Part shown: positions 26,501-36,810 of the stretch, piece after piece
Layout of the letters: every line of letters begins with the position of its first letter
Position numbering within the stretch: the first letter of the stretch is position 1
NCBI GenBank assembly: GCA_016906335.1
Contig: JADEYG010000003.1
Location: 868,001-932,000, forward strand
DNA length: 64,000 bases
Origin: Novakomyces olei
Taxonomy: Eukaryota
Direction: 5' to 3'
The notes under the pieces: model-generated
Told to the model about the DNA's origin: nothing
The model's database searches: none
What the model saw: the letters and a program-made list of their open reading frames with translations, nothing else
Made by a program: the position numbers and the translations under genes

Positions 26501-26903
26501 TGCTGGTGCAATGGAGGAATCAGTAGAAAAGGCCGAGGAGGCTGCTGAAGTAAAGTCACCCCCTGTTCCTCAACGGCCGTCGAGCCTTGGCTCTGATTCA
26601 AATCCTGAAACTGCTCTCACAGCCGAGAAATCTGTTCGTGAAAAGAGTATCGACGAACGAGTATCTCCCGCAGTTCCGCAGAGGCCTTCAGGCGTAAAAG
26701 AAAAGGAAGAATTGCCGCGAGTTCCACAGCGGCCTTCTTCTTCTTCTTCTTCCTGCCCAATTGTTCCAGCCCGGCCAGTTTCAGAGGCCAAAGAAGAAGG
26801 GGCAAACATACAAGACGATGTGAGCTCTATTCACAAAGCCACAGTATCTCACGAGACCTCAACTGAGCCTCATGAGGCAGCTGGAGAATTGGAGTCTGCG
26901 TAA
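23583..26903 (+). CDS. AIM21: Aim21-like actin-patch / capping-protein regulator (low complexity, disordered)
   Basis: KFSSIRAAFAKNLESKF followed by CPI-like motif LSDVRKGRARGPHRRAP; several PxVPQRP SH3 ligands; QESK tandem repeat; first in-frame ATG at 23583. Confidence 0.7.
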   Translation: MTGTGTTADDRPHIPKVPQRPHIPALDGDQPREISSPKVSRPLASRSAFTTAAPGPMFRVGASANNSSSSLSNLAAGDDSADSAESKAQTATAIGRSDSPTTRSLIDNASLAHARWLLDNMQQQQQQQLAAARRSVSPELQRPARDPLRRSLGSHLALDHANIPDTVPFDESEFHRDTTTPTLYDDAHIDADGERHFHSAGHYFASAGEGSGTAQSSGNSVNSGSGLNSGSGLQKSPLGRSRSQPPREVRVPLDSRSGAVPLVPAERESGIPFDRRQYVNSVSSPLPRNATPQDLYDKDQPRDDLNTGSGIGISNSNSNSNSNSNNKTGSGSATDKSSGRAPGSRGAPPEWWAEPTLEIIDGVAKGRWRERTVPSSHMGNPAEYRPTGNHGDFAGLTGLTIGDQRPVPHYSEQIGGNEELRPKGVLITRDGEGTAGLTFDDASAPLRTIEKANLLPQMQPLTRRQSQLAQMHVEQDLRRLKDLKAAMMRREGLGGDLPHSAWKDMSSVAVEDERDLALMEHHAASFDQLDQLAREREAELLRQLGSSGRGQAGLPFDVVRNPRGSSRLDEGDAAITPEQNALDIESSELAKQHREMAARGQVPEPQAEFKPPLDKNVLDQLLLAGDVDVPSPTVAHDARDRKVVFTPDSLASASQKSRAATTGLESASPVAAGAYKPPTSAEVSSKLDESARGQADSLKAVGDRGGRESKQEAKQESKQESKQESKQESKQESRQESEQEAVAKPAEHEEAKSATAEPSSSSRSSVPNNKFSSIRAAFAKNLESKFKAGMTGPPPSLSKPKPAPSESISSTNTEADSTAVAGLSDVRKGRARGPHRRAPAGNAASAAAAETSQHKGFDKATLGASPVITLVAFENGSVVSHEPAAPHNNTHSKPVQDQRQSPSQSQPSHLPEISQEKPAETLVAEIDAGEMEETVPEAVASAEVPQGVEAEKSKMVHGGKASEDARTLVSEVDAGAMEESVEKAEEAAEVKSPPVPQRPSSLGSDSNPETALTAEKSVREKSIDERVSPAVPQRPSGVKEKEELPRVPQRPSSSSSSCPIVPARPVSEAKEEGANIQDDVSSIHKATVSHETSTEPHEAAGELESA

Positions 26904-27674
26904 ATTGTTTGGATGCTAGCGCTTACAGTGCTACAAGTCAAGATATCAATAAATAGCAGTGATAAGGGTTCAATCTGCCTTTTAAACAAGTACATTTTGT
27001 CTTTGGAGTAAGGTGCAGCAAAGGGGTCCAAGTGTATAGGAAAGAGGTACGTGAATCGTTTATAGAGGTCTCAAGTGGCCTACTCGTACCGGCGAGAAGG
27101 GAAAAGTGTAGCTTTCCTTCTGCCATACAATAATTCAAACCACATGATGACAACGTATAACTGATTGCAACATTCTCTATGAACTATTCAACTAAATGTT
27201 AGTCGTTCTCATGTTGAAAAATATTCTACGGACTTAGGAGTAGCTGATATTAAATTTCTTTCTATGCTATCTTCATGCCTTGCGAGGTGGGCTCATGCCT
27301 TGCAATGCGAGACAAATTTTATGGTTAGGGTTTATTTGCTTACACCTTGTAAAATCAGCGCAGGATTGGGCGAATCGTTTATTAGAGTTTTTTACTTTTA
27401 GAATTATGATTGAAGTAAATTTTTGATCGTCTATTGTGATATCATTCATCCACGTATATTTTTGCACCCATATCCTATCATTATTTGTTATCGTAGTGTA
27501 TTTTTAACAAAAAACAAATTATTTCATCATTGGCATCGTCATTAGCTTCTCAAAAAAGTAAAAAAATTATAAATATAAAACATAAAAACCAAATATTATG
27601 ATACAAACAAATGAATAGCATCCAAAACTCAAACCAGTAGACAGATGGTATTTTTATTCAGGATCAGATATTCC

Positions 27675-29574
27675 TCAAGCGTGTACGGTAACGTATAAAG
27701 GCGTCGTTGCAGTAACGTATTCCACGTTTTGAGCATTATTAGCAGCTTGACTGGTAACAGCTGAGTCTGCAATAGCTGTAGCCGCAGTAAAAAGAACCAG
27801 TACTTTTGTCGCTACACCATTAATGGTAGAAGCGACCTCTTGGTACGCCCGTGCTGGCGGTATAGTGTAATTTTCGTCCGAAAGCGATAATACTGAAGAA
27901 GTAGTCGGTGATTGATTGAAAGTTGTGGTTTCAGAAGCAGGTTTTGAGGGAGAGTCGGTGGTGCTTGGACTTTCCAAAGTACTGCTAGAAGTCGGCTGAG
28001 TAGGTCCTGGACCTTGAGCCTCACTAGTAACAGACGGCTGACTGGCAGGAGTAGTGTTAACAATGGTTGTTCCAGTGTCGGGAGCAGAATTTGATGCGTC
28101 ACTGGTAGTATGACTAGGGGCAAAGGTAGTAGAAGGGATTTCGGCCGAAGACCTACCAGTCGAGGCACTAGTAGCAGGACTTGTACTTAGATCAGAATCC
28201 CACGGAGCCACTGTAGCATCTTGGGGACCGTCCTGAACGGGATTGTTACCTGGCAGAGCGTCCATTTTGCCAAAAATACGATCATTAGGTCGGGCGGATT
28301 CAGATTCTGTTTGTAAGCCAGGAAAATAACAAAAGTAAGCATTTGTTAAAACATTTGAAACAATTATTTGAAATATATTCAATCAGATCAGATCACAGTT
28401 CGGAATAAAATTTGAAATTGAAGTGCGTTACCTCGGCGGCAGGCATAGGCATCAGCCATGCTTTGTAGCTGTAAGACATCGCAGTCTGTAATGAGACCAG
28501 AATCGCTCGTGCAACGATCTACTGCTTGCTGCAGTACTCCGCTTTGCCACCCATTGATAAAATCAGCATGGCTTCCATAGCCCTGAATTGTTAGTGTCCT
28601 AAGTACAATACAAATGAACAATGGTATTCCTACCGTCGGATCTCCCATTGAGAATATAAACGGCTGATTGCCATGCCACATAGAATCAAAAGGCGAAGTC
28701 TCCCAGATAACTTCATAAAATAGAGAAATTAACCGTTTTGGATGAGACTGAGGGCAAACACCGGCTCCTGGCCCCGTGGGATAAGCAACGTGAGACTTGT
28801 GATCTTCAGAATCAACATTTACCCCGTCCCAGCACGATGGAAAATAGATTTGCTGCCGAACACCATTCGTACAAGTCACATTGGGCAGACCGTGTGTTTC
28901 TGGAAGCATAGAGTTTGTTGCATAATCCAGGCAACTATTTCGTTAGAGACTGATCAATAATAACGGTATTTGAAAGAAAGCCCTGAATTGGATCAAAACG
29001 CGAATAATTCAAAAAGTAATACAATAAATAGTTAATAGATGAGTCAATTGGCAAAGTAAAATCCAAAAGCCAATTTGAAGATTCCTATGATAAAGGAAGA
29101 AATGATTTCTTACTGAAAAGTAATAAAACTGCTCTCGAGGCTATTGTCATAAGATCTCTTCATCGGATTCCCCGCTAGCATTCGGAAATTGTCCGGGAAC
29201 GCAAGCACCGGTTCCCCGTCATTGTGCCTCTGTAGGTAATAAATAACGAAGCCGCCTGTTTGCGCAACCGATGTAAAAGAAGAGTCTGTTCTGTCATGAT
29301 AATATAAAGAAGGTACCCAGTAAAGACTGTGGTCTTGTACGGCTTGGCATGAAGTGCATTTAGAATTGACGAGCGACTCGTGTGTCACTGTATAGTCTGC
29401 GGCAGAAGACCCTACAAAGACGTGCATGTGCGGAGCGATCTGACCTGGAAATACGAGAGGATCCGCTCGTTCGTACATTACATTTCCGGGACAATTCATA
29501 CGGAAGAACGCTGCCGATGGAAGGGCTGTCAAAATAGCCAGCAGGACGGACGGTAGCAGTGACCTGAACAACAT
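27675..29574 (-). CDS. Secreted DUF1996-domain protein with Ser/Thr-rich C-terminus, 4 exons
   Basis: Signal peptide MLFRSLLPSVLLAILTALPSAA; ERADPLVFPG, CTSCQAVQDHSLYWVPSLY, FPDNFRMLAGNP, IYFPSCWDG, GDPTGYGSHADFINGW. Confidence 0.9.
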
Positions 29575-30488
29575 ATTGTCTAGTTGCTTTGCCCTTTTCT
29601 TGCTTGCCTCTCTCGCCTTTCCCTTTTTTCGCTTTAGCGGTTGGAAAAAGTTCAAGATTGAAGGTTCTGGCTGGCACTTTAAAATATTTCAACAGCAAGA
29701 AGGCTGACACATTGTCGCATTGTCGCACGGTGGCTAGCACGACGTGACTCATTAGGCTTTGGCCGCGTATTTCATCAATCATTCGCGTCGCTTTGTCACG
29801 AAGAGGTTGGATATACCCAAAACGGTAATTCTATAAGCAATACGTGGGCTGGCGATTTTACTTGCATTTAAGACGCGTCGGTTTATTGAGTCCAAACCTA
29901 GTCTTGCATATTACATTGCTTAAATCTATTATATGTATAGGTCTGTATTTAGACACGAGTACTAATAAAGAAAAAGGCGCTGCGACATTTTCTCAGGCAA
30001 CGTGCTTAAGTTTAATAGGATAGAATCTATTTAGCTATATGGAAGTAAAATCTGCACTGAAGATGACGACCAAGACATTATAAAGTGCAATGCATGAGCT
30101 GAAATTCTTTCGTCGATACTGTAAATGCTTACACAATTTTGGTACAGATATGTACAAGAAATATTTAAATTCGTTGCCAAAGCTCTTTTCCGATACAACG
30201 AGATGTTGCATAGAATACTTTTGCCTATTTTCAAACCAAGAAGACAATTTTTAAGAATTTTTAAGGGTTTTTGAAGGATCCAGACGCTGTCAGGTCTCAT
30301 GAGAGACCGTAAAGTTCCATAGTTGCAACAACCCTTGGGCGGAAGCAATTTTTAATATCCTGATTGTTTGAACGACACGCCGAATGGGGTAAGATAACCG
30401 CCTGAAGATAAAGAGCCACCAAACCCAGGATAGCCGATCGCCGGTATCAAAAGTACAAAAGCAGGGAGGAATTAAAAGTATCAATATT

Positions 30489-31632
30489 CTAAGGCCGTGG
30501 TAAAACTGCATCTGGGTCGAGCCCGTCTTTCACGACAGCAGGCGAAATGAGCGACTCTCGGCTTTGGTATAATATCTTATAGCTCGTCCGAATAGTACTG
30601 TCGCTTACTCCAGCAACCTCGCTAATCTCCTTGGGCGTTTTACCCTGGCCTTGCAGGTAACTGGCCATATACAAAACGCTAGCTGCTATAGAAAGAGGCG
30701 AACGGCCGGCCAAAGTGCCTTGTTCAGAGGCTCGTGAGGCCAGCAATGTTGCTGCAGATTGGACATGAGCCGGCAGCAATAACCGATTGCAAAACCGTAC
30801 CATTAAATCTTCCGGGCTTGTTGATGTTGAGGCCGAATAGTCCTGAGCCGATAGCCCGGGAACACCCTTTTGCATATGCAAAGCTCCGCCTTCCGCCAAC
30901 ATACGCTCTAATGTTTTATACACCCGACCGATTACCTTGATTGGAACTTGTGTCAGGTTACAAATCTCCCGGAACGTCCGCGGCACTCTCGCTTGTCGGC
31001 AGGCTGTGTAAATGCAGGCGGCTATAATAGAGTCCTGCGGTTTACCTCGCAAGGCTTTATTATCATCCACCCTTTTATATAATTGTTTGGCTATATCTGC
31101 AATGACACGAGGCAGTGCAATAGCCTCACACATAGCACCAATCTCCTTATAGGCAGACAGCAAATTCCTCTCACCTTTAACAGCAGAAGCCTTGTTTTGA
31201 GCTTTAACCAGTCCAAAATTAGTGCTGCCTCCGCCCCGAGTAGAGATATTTGTATCCAACTGTGCCCCATTCAGCAGCGGGTTGCTGCTCGCTCCTACAC
31301 GACTCGGGTCATCGCCTCCTTCGTCGTTTGAAAATGTGCGCCATTCTGATCGTGTGTCCACGATACGATCTCCAAGAACAAGCCTAAATTTTCGGATAAA
31401 AAGAAAAAAGGTATTAGCCGTATGTTCTATTATACTATAGAAAACAACGGTCAAGAACATACCCGCAAGAAGCGCAAATAGTGTCACCGGCCGAGAACTC
31501 TTCCACAAGGTTCGGCGGATCCTCGCGGCAGTCTGGACATATTAAATGAACGGCCAGATTAGGACCAGCGCGCCCGCCCGCAACTGAGCTTGGGGGCATC
31601 GCGGCTGCCTGTGCTTGCTGTGCCGAGAGCAT
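30489..31632 (-). CDS. SUA7: General transcription factor TFIIB; intron 31384-31462
   Basis: Zn ribbon CPDC...CASCG, B-reader DTRSEWRTFSN...DPSRVG, cyclin repeats ACRQARVPRTFREI and AGRSPLSIAA. Confidence 0.97.
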
Positions 31633-32544
31633 TTTGTACCAGAAAGAGAGAAGGAAGACAACCACTTGTACAGTTAGTCGGCAATGTTCTTGGGCGAAAA
31701 AATCAAAAGAGAAAAAGCTGGTCCTTTGAGAAATGTTGGCTTGAGATAATACCTTATCAGTGCCGGGTGGCGCAAGAAGTGTAAGACTGCTGCTGGCTTT
31801 GAAGCAACTCTCACACTCTTTTGACACTGAAGCGGCGGGAGTCTTTTGATCCTTGTCTGATCTGTTTGTCGAGAATGAATTTATCATACACAGAAAACCC
31901 TTACTAACTTTGCTTACGTGGTATGTACACGTATGTAATATTATTTCTATGGAAAAAAAACAAGAAATGATTATATTGACAATGCTTAATAATATTCGGC
32001 GCAGATTCCAAGCAATCCCGACGATCACGTGAAATGAACTTTAAACTGACACTCGTGAATGAAATTATTCCGAAATAGGACTGACAAGATCATAGAACGA
32101 AATGCGGTCGCAGAAATTTGTTTCAAACTAGAACGTTATCAAACTAGGACGTTATCTATTAGACTACTCTGGTGATGGCACCATAGGTAAATGTCTCAAT
32201 GCGCATCATATACGGCATATCCGTCCTAAGTTGACGCAATTTCAGGTCCAATGCTTACAATGTTTGTAATTCTGACAGCCATGACAAGGCTCCAGCCTCA
32301 AGCTGTCTTAAACAGTGTCCCTGCAATAAGAAGTTGCGTTCAAAAAAAGCTCTACAAATTTACCACGCCAGCCTCAAAATGTAAAGGGCTAAAAAAATGG
32401 TAATTCCAATAATTAAATATTGCACAGAAACGATTAACTTTTTAAAAATAATAAATATCCTTCTTGCATAAAAAGGTTAAAATTCAAACAAGGAACCTTT
32501 TTCTTTTAGTCTTTCCTCGCTTTTGCGAATATCGCGAACAAAAT

Positions 32545-34208
32545 TTAGTCCTTTCCAGTGGCAACTTGTACTGTAGACTCCACCTTGTCAGCCTCAGAAG
32601 AAGTATCACCCTCTGTCTCAGCTTTCGCCATACTGTCCTTGATGAGCCAAGAAGAAGCAGTCGCAAACGGGGCAGATGCGTAAAATACCGCAACACTGAC
32701 AATCAACTGCGTAAGCAGAGTGCTAGAGTGGGCAGCACCCACACCGTAAGAAATAGCACTGCCAAAGGATTCGCATGAGCGCAAGATACCGGTGGTAATA
32801 GCAAGGAATTTTATGTTTACGTTATATTGGCCCAGGATCCAGTAAGTCCATGTATTTGCCGCCTCATAAGGAATACTGTAAATGTTTAATAACAGATAAG
32901 GATAAACAAATTGGTGAAAATCGATTCATATAAACAGTAAAATATAAAAATCAGAATTGACAACAAAATTAAATATCAAAATCCAAACTTACCGCCAAAC
33001 AAGGTAGGATGCGGCTCCGAGACTATACAGATTGCCCGAAGTATAATCAATATTAGGCTGAATACGGTCGAAGTGAACCTGTACAGCCAATGCAAGAATC
33101 CACGCAACAGTATACCCCACAAAAAGTATGATCCAAGAGGTTTTAGCCCGGACATTAAGTCGAATCCATTTCTGATCCAAGAAATAGCCAAATAGCACGT
33201 CTGTCAACAGGCCTATAACACCAGTTAAGAAAGCGGTAAGAGCACGAGCACGAACTGTGAAAAACGTGGATAAGAACACGCCATTATAAGTCTGGGCCCA
33301 TTGGTTTGTGATGAAAATAGGTAGAAGAAGAGCAATTTCCTTTCGCTTGACGGTCCTCCAAATTTCCTTGAACCCTTCTCTGAGAGCAGTCGTTTCCCAT
33401 ACGGGCTTAGTGCCGTCATTGCGAATCAAATTCTTGGGCGTAGCAAGAAGCAGAGCCAAAGGCAAACCAGCGCATTCAATTCCGATCAGGACAAGGTAAG
33501 TGTTTGGAGAAATGGCACCGACAGCATCACGCGAATAATTCATTCCGAGTTGGATAGCGCTACCAACAATGGTACCAGTCTTGTTAAGACCTAACCAAAC
33601 TCCAACTGTCACGTTTAGAAAATCCAGAATATTATAAATAAACAAATAAAAACGAAAACCTACTCAATAAACCACGACGATGATATTCGGGGTATCCCAC
33701 ACCAACAGCGGCCTCTCCAGTCCAAAGGGCAGCGGCAGAAAAACCACAGCAGACAGCACCGAAAATCATAAACCATTGTGTGCCAAAAACGCTGTTGCAG
33801 TACAATGCGGCAGAGTAAGGAGCAAATCCGAGAGTGCCAAACACGATCACCCACCGCATGCCGTACCGGTTTCCCAGGATACCAAATATTGGAGCAGTGA
33901 AAACCATAATGCTATTCTGGGTTAGTTTGGTTTGCTTGATTTGATTAAACTTGGTTTATTACACAAAAGTGACGGCGTTTGCTGTGTTTACGACATAAGG
34001 CTCTGCCTGGCCACCAGCACCCAAATCTTTTCCAATTAGTCAATGTGTAGATTTAATTCGAAATTTAATTACTGTTCATGGCGTTCCAAATTCCTGGTTG
34101 AGTGAAGCTGATAAGACCGAGCAGAATAGCATTGAAGGGAGTGCTGCGATAGAGCCTGTACCATCTCTTATGCTGAAGCTTTTCATAGCTCCAGCCTGGG
34201 AGCCCCAT
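32545..34208 (-). CDS. UNC-93-like MFS membrane transporter, multi-exon
   Basis: Starts MGLPGWSYEK...YRSTPFNAILLGLISFTQPGIWNAMN, then GAGG, GTLGFAPYSAALYCN, CGFSAAALWTGEAA, YPEYHRRG, FTVRARAL, RSCESFGSAISYG. Confidence 0.85.
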
Positions 34209-35261
34209 CTTGATCTGCTTGTATTGATAACGAGAATCTTAAAATTTTTGGCCAGAGTGATTCCAAGGTCTCTGTCTCTGATGCTGCAAGAATTCAATTC
34301 GACAGCATTCAACAGATTTGCAAATTTACAGCCAGGTGATCGACCAGGCCTTTTAAGCAACGGCCGAGATAGCTGCATATTCAGCTTTTTAGACCTAACG
34401 CGAGAGCACACCATCGTCGGCAATTAGCCAATGAAGTCTAGAACACAAACTGACAACTCGGCAAGAGGCAAACCTGCTTTGCTAGCGAACCCTCTGCTTC
34501 AATATTATTCCCGTATTCGGCTAGAAAGTCAGGTCTATATCCCGCACAAGCATCCCACGTAAAGATATATTCGTAAAAGCAATAGCAGTATTCTCCAAAA
34601 CTAATATAATATGGCGCAATATTAGTTGCTTTACCAGGAACGAATAAGTTCTCGCTTGGTGAGGATTGTTGAATCGCGTAAGCTCCAATTCTCGTCAACG
34701 CTCAAATAAAAAATAAATGGGCTTTTCGAAATCTAGATTTGTTGGGATAGAAAATTCACGGATGGGCCTTCGTGTCCGTATAGTCTCTTTGGCGCTGATA
34801 GTAATGTAATTATCATTGACTTGCGCATTACATAAAACTTTGAAAATGGTGCACATTTATTGCTTATTAGACAAAGATTTCTCTTCGATAGTGCGCGCGT
34901 TATACTACGTATCAGGGTTTGCTGGGCTCAAAGAGTGAAAGGGTTAGGGTTAATAATATGGCGGTTATTGCAGAATCGGTGTACAGGTAGGTTTACAAGG
35001 CGACATTTCGCATAGCTGTCACGATATGTAGAGCATAATAGCGCCACTGTTTACGGGCCTTTTGAATACAGAGCAGGTAGGATATCAGCAATTGGAAGTT
35101 TGAAAGCTCTGCAAGGACTGCGCAAGTCTATTATGCTTGCTTTTGCGGCATCTCTATTTATTATATGTATTGTCCCGAGACAGCTTAATAGCTCTTTGTA
35201 TTAAAGGAAAGGCAAAGCAGAACAGCGTAGCATATGTATTTTTATTACGCTGATGAAGCTG

Positions 35262-35777
35262 CTACAGTTTCGCTTTATCAGGCACGGCAGCAACACATTC
35301 AATCTCGATAATGGCACCACCTGGAAGTGCCGCCACGGCAACACACGTTCTGGCCGGCTTTGGTGATGGCAGGAGCTATAAATGTTAGAAATGAAGCTTA
35401 TCGAGGCAAACTCCTGAATAGATAAAATAGCAAATAGACGAAAAATAAAATTCAATAAATAAATGGAACGGAATTAAAAAATAAATAATCGTCCGACTCA
35501 CGTCTCCGTAAACCTCATTCATAGCCGCGTAATTGTCCATGCTAGTAAGATATATATTGCATTTCAACACATCTGCAAAACTAAGGCCAGCGGCTTTCAA
35601 TGTTTTAGTAAGCGCCTCAATTGAGAGTGCTGTGTCCTTTTTGATATCTCCAGTGCCGGGCGAACCGTCTCCATGAACTGGTACTTGTCCCGAGAAATAT
35701 GCCAGTCCGTAGGCAAGACGCGCCTGTGAAAGACGGTTCGCCACGTTGGCATTGGTAATAACAGTCTTTATAGCCAT
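35262..35777 (-). CDS. RidA/YjgF/YER057c/UK114 family reactive-imine deaminase with C-terminal PTS1 (-AKL); exons 35777-35502 and 35375-35262
   Basis: YFSGQVP, VLKCNIYL, YAAMNEVY, KPARTCVAVAALP, IEIECVA; phase-0 intron 35376-35501 (GTGAGT...CTAAC...TAG); ends DKAKL*. Confidence 0.92.
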
Positions 35778-36810
35778 TTGCCGCGATTATGTGGGAGATG
35801 GGACCAGAGTCAGTGATGCATATAGCTCACGTTATATATAGCGATAGGCCCCCACTGACATGTCACATAAATAGAATAGTACTGGTTATACATACAAGCA
35901 ATATGTTACTTTGATAGATATCAAGTAAGTTTAAGGGCCATTCAAGTTCAGCTAAATAAATTCAAGCGGTATAATCAGCAGCGCTGTACTGAAAACAAAG
36001 ACGTAAACGAATACCGATACGAGGCGAGTTGTGCTATTTTACACTATCATACAATGGAAAGAGTGAATGGCCTAAATCATCGTGTTTATTGAATTGCTAT
36101 TTTGACCGGCGTACAAAAAAAATTGAAGATAAAAATTTGTTTTAAGCGCCAGCGTGGGCGAGTTCAACCCTATATTATACTCTTATAGATCTTTCCATCA
36201 AACTCTTTTCAGTCAGACAGTTGCTTGACCATACACAGCCCCATATGCCATAATATAAATGCAGAAAAAGATACAGATTAAAGATGAATACAGAAAACAA
36301 GCCAATATAAAAAAAATTAGAAATGCTATGATGAGCGCGAGAAGCAAATGGTAAAAAGAATAGTGAACACAAATCAAACACAGACTCTGAACAGTTGTTG
36401 ATTTTGATGTCTTGCGCTCTTTCCATTTCATTGTAAATTGAACCAAAAGAAAAACATAATTTGCTATAAAGACAAATTTGTAATCGATGTCACGAATGAA
36501 CGTTCAACAGGCTATGGCCAGAGGGCCAGATACACAAAGGACGTCCATCATTATCGTAACCAAAAAAAAAAAAAAAAGCCATAGTTCATTCTTCACAATT
36601 CATAGAAAGCTGCCCACAAGTATTCAAGAGATTGCGTCGGCATCCGTAACTTCCCTTTTCCCTTTACCTTCTCACAAAAACGAATCACACTGATGAAAAT
36701 TACACAAATGATGCAGACAAATTAAAAGAAATTTAAAAGCAATCAACTATTTGAAAAGACCGTAGTCTGGTCAAAGAAAACTTTTAGCATAGAATAGCAG
36801 GTAAAATGCG

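Noticed and set aside
30031-30511. Short ORFs downstream of SUA7
   Set aside because: No homology cues; probably 3' UTR or promoter sequence.
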